Notes: generated from the letters alone by a model not told the origin. A stretch of 64,000 bases of DNA from a virus (IMGVR_UViG_3300007513_000007:64001-128000); one strand, 5' to 3'; numbered from the stretch's first letter, positions 9,082 through 18,029 are shown. Made by a program: numbers and translations.

Positions 9082-9113
9082 GTAGGTTCCCGAAAGTGTT
9101 TTTGTCCGTAAGG
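9082..9113 (+). promoter_or_regulatory. Class A promoter-like motif (variant)
   Basis: GTAGGTTCC-N16-CG-TAAGG. Confidence 0.6.
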
Positions 9114-9140
9114 GGTATGTCCTCGAACACCAGGAATCTG

Positions 9141-10748
9141 ATGAAGATTGGCATTATCTCAAAGAAGCCGCACGCAAAGAACCATGCCCAAGCTCTAAAG
9201 CGCGAGGGTCATGACGTAGTTTTGTTGGACGGTGACCCCAAAAGAATACCTTCCTCCATCGACTTGGTGATCTGCCGCACCGCTTCGTGTAGCCACGGTG
9301 CGAGTAACGTAGCTCTGGAGTGGCAACGCTCTGGAGGAGGTTTCCTGGTGATGGAGAACGGACTGTCCGGGGCTTTGAGAGCCATTCGGCAATACATCGA
9401 ACCCAAGAAGAGCAAGAAGAAGAAGGAAGAGGCCAAGGTCGCTGCTCCTGCTCCCACCCCTACTCCTGTGGAACCGGAGTCCGCACCTATGAAGAAGATC
9501 ACAGGCAGCGTTTTGGATGAGGCCGTCACTATGGTTGGCGAGGGCACTTCTCTCACCAAGGTTGCCAAGCATTTCAATGTTGCTCGCAGCACCCTCACCC
9601 GTGCTCTGATCGAAGCAGGAGGATGGCCCCAAACAAGCCAGCCTCTTTCGCCTGAACCGCAACCTCCCGCAGAAGCAGACGTACTGGAAGCAGGACCTCC
9701 CCCTTCAGAGTCCGAAGTCGAGGAGCTTATCGAGACATGGGCTGTGCTGGTTGTAGAAACCCGCATAAACGACAACTTCGAGCAACGCCTGGAAGTGATG
9801 AAGGGCTTGATGGAGGTCGAGGTCGAGGACTGGCGGCTTCGTAGTGCTTTGATGGCCGCAGCAGGCGAGGATGTCCCGCTGCTCCACGAACCGGAAGAAG
9901 ACCTCGAAACCGAGACGGTCACGCACACCGAACCTGAACCCGAACCTGAACCTGTTGAGGTCGAGGACCCCTCCACACCGGACTACGGTGACGACGAAGG
10001 TGCCTTCGTGTTGCCTCCGATCCCCGTACCTGAACCCCACTTCTTGAAGGCGTGTCCTGTAGACCGCATCCTCAACGATCTTCCTATTGCCCGCAGACTG
10101 GCCGCGTTGGTGTCTAATGAGGATAAGGAGAAGTTCCGAAAGGCGCTCCTGTCCCATGACCGGAACCCCAAGAACGCTGGGGCGTGGATACCTCGGGATT
10201 TGAAGAAGGCCGATGCACCTTTTGCTTCTGCCAAGGGCAAGCCCCTGGTCTTCGCGTTGCTGGTGTGGCTCTTGCTCGATCCCGAAGATGAACCTTCGGG
10301 CAGGGCCTTCCTCCACGCCTACAAGGAGTTGACCAAGAAGGGAACCGACAGTCGTTTCCCCAAGGCTGCTGCTTGGGCCTTGGGCCGCACTCTGGGGGAA
10401 GCCCTTCGTGGTAGGGGTGGTGGTAAGAAGCCGTCCTCTGATAGTCTTTCGGGAACTGAAAAGACCCACTTCCTCCAAGCCCTCGCAAAGAAGAAGGACA
10501 TGCTCGCTGAAAAGGATGCCACCATCCAGAGCCTCCAACAGGAACTCGAACAGGTTCGCGAAGAAGAGGACCGTCTGCGACATGAACTGGAGCTTGCTCT
10601 CCGTTCGCGTTCACAGCAGCCCCCTGCAATCGGAGCCAGCCCTGCTGCCCCTGTTCCGGCCCCTTCGACGGGCTTGACCTTGGACCTCACCGTGGATGAC
10701 TTGGTTCGCGCAGGCTTCCAGGTCCACGTCACGAAGCCCTGTGGGTAA
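9141..10748 (+). CDS. Multidomain protein: DUF2325-like N-terminus, HTH, acidic linkers, coiled coil
   Basis: DLVICRTASCSHG (DUF2325-like); SLTKVAKHFNVARSTLTRAL (HTH). Confidence 0.7.
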   Translation: MKIGIISKKPHAKNHAQALKREGHDVVLLDGDPKRIPSSIDLVICRTASCSHGASNVALEWQRSGGGFLVMENGLSGALRAIRQYIEPKKSKKKKEEAKVAAPAPTPTPVEPESAPMKKITGSVLDEAVTMVGEGTSLTKVAKHFNVARSTLTRALIEAGGWPQTSQPLSPEPQPPAEADVLEAGPPPSESEVEELIETWAVLVVETRINDNFEQRLEVMKGLMEVEVEDWRLRSALMAAAGEDVPLLHEPEEDLETETVTHTEPEPEPEPVEVEDPSTPDYGDDEGAFVLPPIPVPEPHFLKACPVDRILNDLPIARRLAALVSNEDKEKFRKALLSHDRNPKNAGAWIPRDLKKADAPFASAKGKPLVFALLVWLLLDPEDEPSGRAFLHAYKELTKKGTDSRFPKAAAWALGRTLGEALRGRGGGKKPSSDSLSGTEKTHFLQALAKKKDMLAEKDATIQSLQQELEQVREEEDRLRHELELALRSRSQQPPAIGASPAAPVPAPSTGLTLDLTVDDLVRAGFQVHVTKPCG

Positions 10749-10771
10749 GGTCTGACGGTAGGAGGTGCTCA

Positions 10772-11185
10772 ATGGCACAAGGTCGCGTAAAGAGGGTCGC
10801 TAACATCGACCGGAAGTTCGGTGCTGACTCCGAATACCTGTTCCTCAAGGTGCAGGCTCACGGTCGAGGGGAACCCGGCGAAGAATACTGGCTGGTCACC
10901 GACGAAGAGGCCGAGAAGTTCAGCCACCGCGCTACGGAGAACCCTGAAGACATCCCTGACAGCCACTTGGGGATTTTCATGCGCGTAGCGAACGCCACCC
11001 CCAAGCCCGCAGCCAACGACTGGTACGTTTCGGTCAAGGTGAAAATAGCCAACGCGGACAGAGTCCGGGAAGAGGTTTGGTTCCTTACCGAGTTCGACCT
11101 GGAGCGGGTTCGAGGCCGTGTTGAAAAGAACGCAGAAGACATCGAGGCCAACCGTGAAGGGTGGCTTGCCGACCTGTTTGATTGA
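10772..11185 (+). CDS. Hypothetical protein with internal duplication
   Basis: GGAGG RBS; EEYWLVTDEEAEKFSHRATENPED / EEVWFLTEFDLERVRGRVEKNAED. Confidence 0.7.
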   Translation: MAQGRVKRVANIDRKFGADSEYLFLKVQAHGRGEPGEEYWLVTDEEAEKFSHRATENPEDIPDSHLGIFMRVANATPKPAANDWYVSVKVKIANADRVREEVWFLTEFDLERVRGRVEKNAEDIEANREGWLADLFD

Positions 11186-11442
11186 TGTTTCGAGCAGTTG
11201 CTTTCTTGAGTGTGTGTCTCTTGAGCGGGTGTTTTGCGCTCATGCACGAAGTTGACGCCATGAACGCCGTCAACCTTTACCGAAACCAGGGGGTTACCCC
11301 TGCGTGTGGCTTCTTCCACGAAGGGATGCAGTTCCCTGACGGGTCTGTGGTGGATCAGGTGGACCAGAACGTAGTTGTAGTGATCATCCCCGACCCCAGA
11401 TCAGCCGAGGGAGAGGATGACCACGCTATCCCTTGCCGGTAG
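11182..11442 (+). CDS. Putative lipoprotein
   Basis: Signal peptide with LLSGC lipobox. Confidence 0.6.
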   Translation: MMFRAVAFLSVCLLSGCFALMHEVDAMNAVNLYRNQGVTPACGFFHEGMQFPDGSVVDQVDQNVVVVIIPDPRSAEGEDDHAIPCR

Positions 11443-11465
11443 CTTGCTGATACGAGAGGGTAGCC

Positions 11466-12110
11466 ATGAAGCATGACGCCGCCAGGGTTGCCCTTCGCCA
11501 CAGCCTGAAGGCCACGGCCATCGGCCCCTATGAGGATTCCATCATCGACGGCCTCAAGGTCACGCAGGTGGAGACAGACAACCGCCGCTCAAATGCCTCG
11601 ATTCGGGGGAACCGCCTCCTGGTGAAGTGGGGGCAGGACAGCCGGATGTTCAACAAGGCTACCCAGCTTGCGAAGTGGGTCCGTTGGGCTAACCGCAAGC
11701 TGGGCCAGAAGAAGGAACGAGTCCAGCAGAAGAAGGAGTGGACGCGCACGAAAGTGGACGGCTACTCCGTCTACGACCTGGAAGGCAAGGAACAGGTCGC
11801 CGCCATGATGGCGAAGATCCAACGTGACGTAAAACCCTTGCTTCGGGAGTTTGGCCTCCGTTTCCAGACCATCAAAGAGTCTGTGGCCGAGGGGTCGCTG
11901 GGATTCAACCGTGGTGCGGGCCGTATCATCGCCCTCAATGTTCGTCAGAAGCGGAACCCCATGAAGCTCCGCAAGTACAGCGCGATCATGCGGACCATGA
12001 TCCATGAGCTTGCCCACATTCGGCATATGAACCACGGGCCGAACTTCAAGATGTTCGAGCAAGAGCTTCTGGGCGTTGCCCGTAAGACGGGCGTGTACTC
12101 ACCGGGCTGA
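11466..12110 (+). CDS. WLM/SprT/YgjP-like zinc metalloprotease
   Basis: TMIHELAHIRHMNHGPNF (HExxH..H); GFNRGAG..IALNVR. Confidence 0.85.
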   Translation: MKHDAARVALRHSLKATAIGPYEDSIIDGLKVTQVETDNRRSNASIRGNRLLVKWGQDSRMFNKATQLAKWVRWANRKLGQKKERVQQKKEWTRTKVDGYSVYDLEGKEQVAAMMAKIQRDVKPLLREFGLRFQTIKESVAEGSLGFNRGAGRIIALNVRQKRNPMKLRKYSAIMRTMIHELAHIRHMNHGPNFKMFEQELLGVARKTGVYSPG

Positions 12111-12305
12111 GTTTGCGACGATCCCCGCACACTCCTGGTACACCGCTTCGCTCATATCCTCCCCCATGCAGTCCATGACTGCGTGCAGGAACTCGTCTCT
12201 GGGCTGAACCCAGAAGAAGTACCAAAGAACGGCCAGCCCAAGGATGAACACGACCGGAAGAATAACGTCAGGGTTCAGGTTCTGCTTCAACTTCAGCATT
12301 TGCAT
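12099..12305 (-). CDS. Small membrane protein
   Basis: TM segment; GGAGG RBS; class A motif upstream. Confidence 0.65.
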   Translation of the reverse strand: MQMLKLKQNLNPDVILPVVFILGLAVLWYFFWVQPRDEFLHAVMDCMGEDMSEAVYQECAGIVANSAR

Positions 12306-12323
12306 GTCAACACCTCCTGGTCA

Positions 12324-12355
12324 CTATACGACCCAGGAGGTGGCTTGGAACCCCC
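12324..12355 (-). promoter_or_regulatory. Class A promoter-like motif
   Basis: GGGGGTTCC-N16-CG-TATAG. Confidence 0.7.
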
Positions 12356-12356
12356 T

Positions 12357-12740
12357 CTACGCTGATGCGATAAGGGCCTTGATCATCAGACTGCCGATTT
12401 GGGCAAAGACATGACTCGCTCTCGCAGCCATGTCGCGAGCCTTGGTCTTGCGGTCTGCTTCAGCGTTCTGGAGCAGTGCAACTGCATCGCTGGCTACGCG
12501 AGGGTTGGCCCAATCAATCGAGGGAGCTTCGCCGTCCAACAGGTCCTTGATAGCGCCTTGCGCCATGTCCAGGCCCGCAGGTCCATGCTGCTCTACCGCA
12601 TCAGCGATGAGAGCCAACACCACCTTGTTGGTCGGATCTCCTGCCTCTGAAGACAAGTCGTCCAGTTCGGATGCGAGCTTGTCGATTGCCACCTGTCCCG
12701 CCACGGGGACCAAGGAAGAAAGTGCGTCTTGCCAGTTCAT
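12357..12740 (-). CDS. Hypothetical helical protein
   Basis: Coupled to upstream lipoprotein; amphipathic C-terminus. Confidence 0.65.
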   Translation of the reverse strand: MNWQDALSSLVPVAGQVAIDKLASELDDLSSEAGDPTNKVVLALIADAVEQHGPAGLDMAQGAIKDLLDGEAPSIDWANPRVASDAVALLQNAEADRKTKARDMAARASHVFAQIGSLMIKALIASA

Positions 12741-12743
12741 CGT

Positions 12744-13205
12744 CTACTCCTCGGTTGCTTCGGGCGCGGGTGCTGCTTCAGCTTCCGGCTCGGTTGTTTC
12801 TGCGGCCTCTTCTTCTGCATCGATCCGCTCCTCGTCGGAGGGCACAGCCTCCTCACCAGGGGGCGGCACAAGAGGACAAGACGACGCGGGAATCTCGGGA
12901 GGGGTTTCCGACGGGCGCTCCTCAATCTGGCTGGCATTGTAGAGGGACATCTGCTTGTGCCACTCTGCCCGATACTCCACGGTCAGCAGCCAATCAGCAG
13001 CCTTCGTGCATTCCGGCTCATTGAAGGTTCCTTCATCACTGCACGCACAGTGCTCCCCGACGAAGGCCCGCAACAATCCTGCCTGCTGGGTTGCCCATTG
13101 GTTGTACTGCTCCAGTTCTGCCCGGTATACCTCTGCACTTCGTAGCACAGTTGGCTTTGGGCACCCCATCAGAGCGACCATAAACAGTGGCCAGATGTAT
13201 CGCAT
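12744..13205 (-). CDS. Putative lipoprotein
   Basis: MRYIWPLFMVALMG-C lipobox; Cys-rich core. Confidence 0.7.
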   Translation of the reverse strand: MRYIWPLFMVALMGCPKPTVLRSAEVYRAELEQYNQWATQQAGLLRAFVGEHCACSDEGTFNEPECTKAADWLLTVEYRAEWHKQMSLYNASQIEERPSETPPEIPASSCPLVPPPGEEAVPSDEERIDAEEEAAETTEPEAEAAPAPEATEE

Positions 13206-13286
13206 TTCCTACTCCCTTCGGATCGCCCGTGATGGACGTTGGTGGATAATACCCCCCGCCGAAAGGCTCCTAACCGAGAAAAATCG

Positions 13287-13318
13287 GGGGGTTCCCGATA
13301 TTGTCCCTCTGCGTAGTA
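13287..13318 (+). promoter_or_regulatory. Class A promoter-like motif
   Basis: GGGGGTTCC-N16-CG-TAGTA. Confidence 0.65.
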
Positions 13319-13324
13319 GAAAGC

Positions 13325-13636
13325 ATGGAACTACTCCCTTACCAAGTTACGTCTGTGCTTCTCAACGCAAAGAGGATGACAGGCATTCCGTATGAAGTTG
13401 ATGGCTCTCTGGAGCATCGTGAGTTTGTCTGTGTTGGGTTGAGCGATGAGGAACCGGGGGATGAGATCACAAAGATCCTGGTGTCTCCCCATTCCCCTTG
13501 GGAAACCGCCCTGTTCACTGTGACGTTGCTTCATATCCTCGGGAATCCGTGGCTCAATGCTTTGGACCACGTCCCCATTGTCGGATGGTTCACAAGGTTC
13601 TTCGTCAGTCGGCGGGTAGCATCCCAACTGCTTTAG
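13325..13636 (+). CDS. Hypothetical protein
   Basis: MELLPYQV start 6 nt after class A motif. Confidence 0.55.
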   Translation: MELLPYQVTSVLLNAKRMTGIPYEVDGSLEHREFVCVGLSDEEPGDEITKILVSPHSPWETALFTVTLLHILGNPWLNALDHVPIVGWFTRFFVSRRVASQLL

Positions 13637-13666
13637 GGGTTCCCGTGAACAGTCCCGACCGTAAAG
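13635..13666 (+). promoter_or_regulatory. Class A promoter-like motif
   Basis: AGGGGTTCC-N16-CG-TAAAG. Confidence 0.7.
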
Positions 13667-13686
13667 GAGGCAAGGAGTTGAAGAAA

Positions 13687-13872
13687 GTGCTTCATTTCAT
13701 TGCTTACATAGCCGTTGCTTGTTTCCTCGTCGCTTGGTTGCGAAATGGAGGAAGTGTTCAAGGGATGGAGATCGCCCCCGTCGTGGACAGCAGCATCAAA
13801 GGTCTTCTCGTCGGGTTTTCCATCGTAGCCATCATCTTGGTCGTTGCGTTCTTCAACGACCCTCCGTTGTAG
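13687..13872 (+). CDS. Small two-TM membrane protein
   Basis: Two hydrophobic stretches; AAGGAG RBS. Confidence 0.6.
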   Translation: MLHFIAYIAVACFLVAWLRNGGSVQGMEIAPVVDSSIKGLLVGFSIVAIILVVAFFNDPPL

Positions 13873-13880
13873 GCGTTCAG

Positions 13881-14105
13881 GTGGAGCTTGTGCTTGAACA
13901 AGAAGAGATGGAGGAACTCTTGCGCGAGGCGCTCGAAGCACGGGGTATAGATATACCTACAAGTGCGCGGTTTCACTTTCGTCAGAACCATAAGAAGCGC
14001 ACACAACGAGGTGTCTTCAAGGTGGAGCCGGGGAAATGGGATCGTCGTGTTGTAGATGCGGGAACGTGTGGGGAGGCTCCTGGAAACCGGGGGACCAACT
14101 CGTAA
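13881..14105 (+). CDS. Hypothetical protein
   Basis: VELVLEQEEMEELLREALEARG... Confidence 0.5.
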   Translation: MELVLEQEEMEELLREALEARGIDIPTSARFHFRQNHKKRTQRGVFKVEPGKWDRRVVDAGTCGEAPGNRGTNS

Positions 14106-14257
14106 ACGCCAGGGTTGGGGTGTGTAAACAGTGCCCCAAGTTCTCGGAAGAGAAGGCCCGAGGCTCCAAGAAGAAATCCCGGTGTTCCGCTTGTTCGTGT
14201 GACCCCGTCGTCCTCGCCGCAAAGAGCGACGGGTCATGCCCTTTGCGGAAATGGTGA
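14036..14257 (+). CDS. Small Cys-rich (zinc-binding) protein
   Basis: CxxC motifs (CKQC, CSAC) and terminal CPLRKW. Confidence 0.55.
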   Translation: MGSSCCRCGNVWGGSWKPGDQLVNARVGVCKQCPKFSEEKARGSKKKSRCSACSCDPVVLAAKSDGSCPLRKW

Positions 14258-14322
14258 ATGGCCCCCCTACCTGCCTATCCGGGGGTCCGGGAAGGGGGCG
14301 GCAAGCAGAGGGGCCGGGGAGA

Positions 14323-14400
14323 TGGCTGGGGCGGTTGGACTCGAACCAACAATCTCCGGGGTAACAACCCGGCGTCCTTGCCTATTAGGACCTCACCCCA
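14323..14400 (-). tRNA. tRNA-Asn (GTT)
   Basis: TGGGGTG/CGCCCCA acceptor, GTCC/GGAC D-stem, CCGGG-TTGTTAC-CCCGG anticodon arm, GTTGG-TTCGAGT-CCAAC T-arm, encoded GCCA end. Confidence 0.95.
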
Positions 14401-14490
14401 AGATCGCCCCACGGCACCCAGACAGGATTGCCCGACAGGAACGCGGGAAAAGGTGCCGCAGGACGAAAGTGTTGGATATGGACGAAGGGC

Positions 14491-15336
14491 TTATAGGCTG
14501 CCTTGGATTCGATAGGCTGCTGCCACCTGTGTGGCGCACGCCAACCGTACCGGACCAAACTGTGCCTCGTACCAGTCGAGGTGGCCATCGGGATCCGCTT
14601 TATCCAGGTGGCTCGGAACACGCCGCAAGAATGCGAATACGACCGCGTAAATAACTTCGGTGATTGGAAGGGTTCCGAGGATCGCCCATTCGGGGTCCCC
14701 AGTAGCCCAGATGAACACTGCTGGAAGCAGCGTGTGCTCCACAATCTCGGCCAAAGCAAACACAACCCCCAGCTTCCACCCGTGCTTTTTCACCATAGAA
14801 ATCATAGCTTTGAGGGTGTGGACCGGGCTGATAGCTTTCCAGGCGCTCGCCATCACCTTGACGACAACTTCTTCAGTTACGCGGCCTCGGAACTCTTTGA
14901 TGGCGTCCCGGACAACCTTGGCCTTGACCCCACTTGGCAGAGTTCTCCCGTCCCAGTCGTCGCCCTGCTCGAACCCCCACCGATACCCTTCGAGGAAATC
15001 CTCTGTCTCACGGCTGTACTTGGCCTCGTCGGGGTAGTGCCCTCGAACGGCCTCAAACCTTCCTGCTTGGGCACCCTCCAGGAACTCGTCCACGTCGGCA
15101 TCCACTTCAACCTCTCCCAGTTTCTTTACGAAGATGGGGGCTAAATCACGGATGATGTTGTCTACGGCGTCGTCAACAGGGCCTTGGACGAACTCGCGGT
15201 GATGGTCGTAGATGACTTTGAAGGGTTGGGCAATCCATTTCACCCATTCCCGCAACGCCGCTTCTCGCGCCATCTCGGCTTCGAGGTAGCGTTGGGCTAC
15301 CCGCTGGGCACTGGCTTGCTTCTTCAACATCGACAT
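14491..15336 (-). CDS. Hypothetical protein with hydrophobic C-terminal segments; RVAxxY motif at both ends
   Basis: KQASAQRVAQRY near N-terminus; ATQVAAAY at C-terminus; class B motif upstream. Confidence 0.75.
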   Translation of the reverse strand: MSMLKKQASAQRVAQRYLEAEMAREAALREWVKWIAQPFKVIYDHHREFVQGPVDDAVDNIIRDLAPIFVKKLGEVEVDADVDEFLEGAQAGRFEAVRGHYPDEAKYSRETEDFLEGYRWGFEQGDDWDGRTLPSGVKAKVVRDAIKEFRGRVTEEVVVKVMASAWKAISPVHTLKAMISMVKKHGWKLGVVFALAEIVEHTLLPAVFIWATGDPEWAILGTLPITEVIYAVVFAFLRRVPSHLDKADPDGHLDWYEAQFGPVRLACATQVAAAYRIQGSL

Positions 15337-15345
15337 TCGCTCCAG

Positions 15346-15361
15346 ATAGACATTTCACCGG
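15346..15361 (-). promoter_or_regulatory. Class B (late-like) motif
   Basis: CCGGT-GAAATGT-CTAT. Confidence 0.6.
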
Positions 15362-15412
15362 ACTCGACTAAATACGTCGAAAATCGGGTGCTGGGGCAGG
15401 AATCAAAGAAAG

Positions 15413-15444
15413 GGGGGTGCTTTTATTGCGCCAGCGTTGTAGAG
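15413..15444 (+). promoter_or_regulatory. Class A promoter-like motif (divergent variant)
   Basis: GGGGGTGCT-N18-TAGAG upstream of sigma gene. Confidence 0.4.
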
Positions 15445-15551
15445 CATAAGCGGTGGTCGTAAGGTGAGGACCCCCTAAAGGGTCCCCACTATACGAAACC
15501 TACCGCTTATTTTGACAACTAAAACCGCTGACGCAGAGGGAAAGGCCGACG

Positions 15552-16472
15552 ATGAACCAGACGACAGGAACTTATTTCGCCAGGAGAGAACACGGAAACC
15601 ACAAGGTCCTTGGGACCCCTCAAGGATTTGAGGTCTTTTGGCCCTCCGGTTCGGTGAAGTACCCCTCTGCTCGTCAAACCATCATCGCTCTTGTCAACGG
15701 GACCCCGGCCCCGGCCCCCCATGCAAGAGACCCCAAGCTCACCTTTGACCGCTACTTCAAGCGTGGCCGCTTCGCCTCCTCCTCGTCCTACCTGAAGACG
15801 GACGCTCTCGACATGTTCAGGCTGGTCCAAGAGGTTCCCCTCACCGTTGACCGTCCTGCCAAAGTCAAAGCAGCCCCTCCGATCACAGTGGTTGCCCCTA
15901 CGTTGGGCATTGACTTGGATGCCCGAGGCCACGAAGTCCGCAAGCTCTTCTTTGCTGGATTTCTTCGGCGTGTGCTTCGCCTTGGCTACGACCCGGAAGA
16001 GATGCTTCAGGAGATTTACAAAGGCATCCTCATCAGGAACCGGGGCAAGTGCCCTTTTGATGTCGCCAAGAGCAGCTTTGGCCACTACGTCCATATGGTT
16101 GCCGGTTGCATCATCTCCAACTACCACCGCAAGCAATCCCGCAGGAACCACTACGAACTCTTTGGGGTGACGGGGGTGGACGGCGATCTCCTGGACGTGT
16201 CGGAAGCTGACATCGCCATCGCAGACGACCGCACTGATGACTATGCGGCTGGAAGGATCGCTCGCCATTCGATCCTCTCTACTGTTGGACAACGTGCTCG
16301 CGACGTGGGCCATGACCCCAAACTCTCCATCCGGTGCGCCGAGTTGGCTATGGAGGGCTTTCAGAAGTCCGAGATCGCTGCCCGCGTTGGCGAAAGCCCC
16401 TCCCTGGTGGGTAAGACCCTTCGTATTGTGCGTAAGGCAGCGAGGGATTGGGATGCAGAGCAGCAGTTCTAA
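15552..16472 (+). CDS. ECF-like RNA polymerase sigma factor with N-terminal extension
   Basis: Region 2-like DPEEMLQEIY...FDVAKSSFGHYVHMVAGCIISNYHRK; region 4 HTH EGFQKSEIAARVGESPSLVGKTL. Confidence 0.75.
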   Translation: MNQTTGTYFARREHGNHKVLGTPQGFEVFWPSGSVKYPSARQTIIALVNGTPAPAPHARDPKLTFDRYFKRGRFASSSSYLKTDALDMFRLVQEVPLTVDRPAKVKAAPPITVVAPTLGIDLDARGHEVRKLFFAGFLRRVLRLGYDPEEMLQEIYKGILIRNRGKCPFDVAKSSFGHYVHMVAGCIISNYHRKQSRRNHYELFGVTGVDGDLLDVSEADIAIADDRTDDYAAGRIARHSILSTVGQRARDVGHDPKLSIRCAELAMEGFQKSEIAARVGESPSLVGKTLRIVRKAARDWDAEQQF

Positions 16473-16803
16473 CGAGTATTGGGTCTACGTCATCCAATCA
16501 CTGGAGAGGAGGGTCGGGAAACGTGGCCGCCCTCTTCCTGGATTTCACTACGTTGGGTGTACCACTGACGTAAAGCGCAGGCTTCGCCAACACAACGGGG
16601 AAATCAAAGGGGGAGGCAAGTACACCTCCAAGCACCGCCCTTGGGTTCTACGGGCGGTGTACGGCCCTTATGAGGGTCGTTCCAATGCCATGAAAGCCGA
16701 GTACGCTTTGAAGCGGGGCAAGCGCGGTACGGCACGAACCAAGTGGGCCAAGTCGGATTCCAAGTGGTGCCGTGGCCTGGGACCGGATGACCCGAGGGTT
16801 TAG
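16453..16803 (+). CDS. GIY-YIG endonuclease, SLX1-like
   Basis: YWVYVIQS...HYVGCTTDVKRRLRQHNGEIKGGGKYT..HRPW...AMKAE. Confidence 0.9.
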   Translation: MQSSSSNEYWVYVIQSLERRVGKRGRPLPGFHYVGCTTDVKRRLRQHNGEIKGGGKYTSKHRPWVLRAVYGPYEGRSNAMKAEYALKRGKRGTARTKWAKSDSKWCRGLGPDDPRV

Positions 16804-16952
16804 GCTTGTCTTGCTTCAGCTTTTGCTCGCGTGACTGTCCGGTAAACGCCGCGCCACGAGCCGTTCTGATCCCATAAGTGGAAGCCGTTTAGCGACAACC
16901 CGTCCCGGATCTTCCAGGTTCCAAGCCAGATGAGGGGTGAGGGGTAGCGCAT
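16800..16952 (-). CDS. Small hypothetical protein (50 aa)
   Basis: Fills gap between OmpA-like stop and nuclease stop. Confidence 0.4.
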   Translation of the reverse strand: MRYPSPLIWLGTWKIRDGLSLNGFHLWDQNGSWRGVYRTVTRAKAEARQA

Positions 16953-16953
16953 G

Positions 16954-17264
16954 TTAGTTCTCCATCTCAACGATGATTATGTCTATCCAATCGGACCCTG
17001 TGGTTCCTTGGGCCTCGACGGTGATCCGTTCGCTTTCCACCCCACTCTCGATAAGGTAGTCAACGACCGTTTGTTCCAGGGCTGCGACTCGCTGCTGGGC
17101 CTCCTCTTCATCCCACTTGTCCTTCGTGTGGATCTCGACCTTGATTTGAAGAATGTCTGGGCGAGGTCATTGAAGCCTTGGGTGAGTTCGTTGCTGCTGG
17201 GATCAGGCACGGCTTCCAGAGCCTCGGTGTTGTCTTCTTCGGGGGCTGGCGATTCTTCTGGCAT
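16954..17264 (-). pseudogene. OmpA-C-like domain protein with a frame break near 17160
   Basis: GGAGG+ATG 17264 gives MPEES...GFNDLAQTF. A startless second frame 17160-16954 gives PDILQIKVEIHT...QRVAALEQTVVDYLIESGVESERITVEAQG. Confidence 0.55.
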
Positions 17265-17462
17265 GGGGTCCTCCAGTGGGTTGTCCGGTAAAAGCGAGGG
17301 TAAACCTTGGTTTTCATGGGGTGCTGATTCAGCAACTACTGATTCAGCAACATCGCGGAGGGGGTCTTCTGGAAGACCCTTTCCGGTATATCCACACAGG
17401 TCCGACTCCCCGACCTCTACGCGATCTCGCATTGGGGGGCCGCACACACCACGGAGCCAGCC

Positions 17463-18029
17463 ATGAACAGAGCAGACCGACGACGGATGAACCGCAAAGA
17501 GAAGCGCGGGAACCATGTCCACATTCTCACCACACGCCCCGGAAAGTTCCTCATGTTCGGAGGGTTCGGGTCGTTCGGAGAAACAGCGGTCATTCTCGCC
17601 TACACCAAGAGGGATGATGCCGCCTTGTCGGCAAACACTTTCAAGTATGCGATGCACATGCCGCACATTGGAGTACAGCCCATCCCTGCACTCGACTTCC
17701 TCGGAGGGGTTCTGGAAGGCTTGCCCAAGCAAGGGGTCGGGGTGTTGCTTCTGAACAACTTTGCGGTTCCCTTGACCAAGAGCGGAGCCTTGCTTCTGTG
17801 CCAAGGGCTTGGGTGGGATGGTGTCGTGTCTCTCCCCGGAGATGAGTGGTCACGCCTTGTGGAAGACGGGTCGTGGAAGTTGAGGGCGCTTTACTGCGTA
17901 CTGGAACAACTCGGCATGGACTTGGGTGGTGTAGACCCCGACAGGCTGAACGAGCAGGAACAGGCACAGCGTCTTCACCTGTTGTGGCAGCAGGTAGGTG
18001 GGGGCAAGACGGGTTGGGGGGAGGCGTAG
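17463..18029 (+). CDS. Hypothetical protein
   Basis: MNRADRRRMNRKEKR start; GGAG RBS. Confidence 0.65.
   Translation: MNRADRRRMNRKEKRGNHVHILTTRPGKFLMFGGFGSFGETAVILAYTKRDDAALSANTFKYAMHMPHIGVQPIPALDFLGGVLEGLPKQGVGVLLLNNFAVPLTKSGALLLCQGLGWDGVVSLPGDEWSRLVEDGSWKLRALYCVLEQLGMDLGGVDPDRLNEQEQAQRLHLLWQQVGGGKTGWGEA

Noticed and set aside
16983-17804. 273-aa minus ORF and other long antisense ORFs (e.g. 29899-31302, 35093-36181, 46221-47453)
   Set aside because: Shadow frames of GC-rich genes on the opposite strand; no motifs or RBS.
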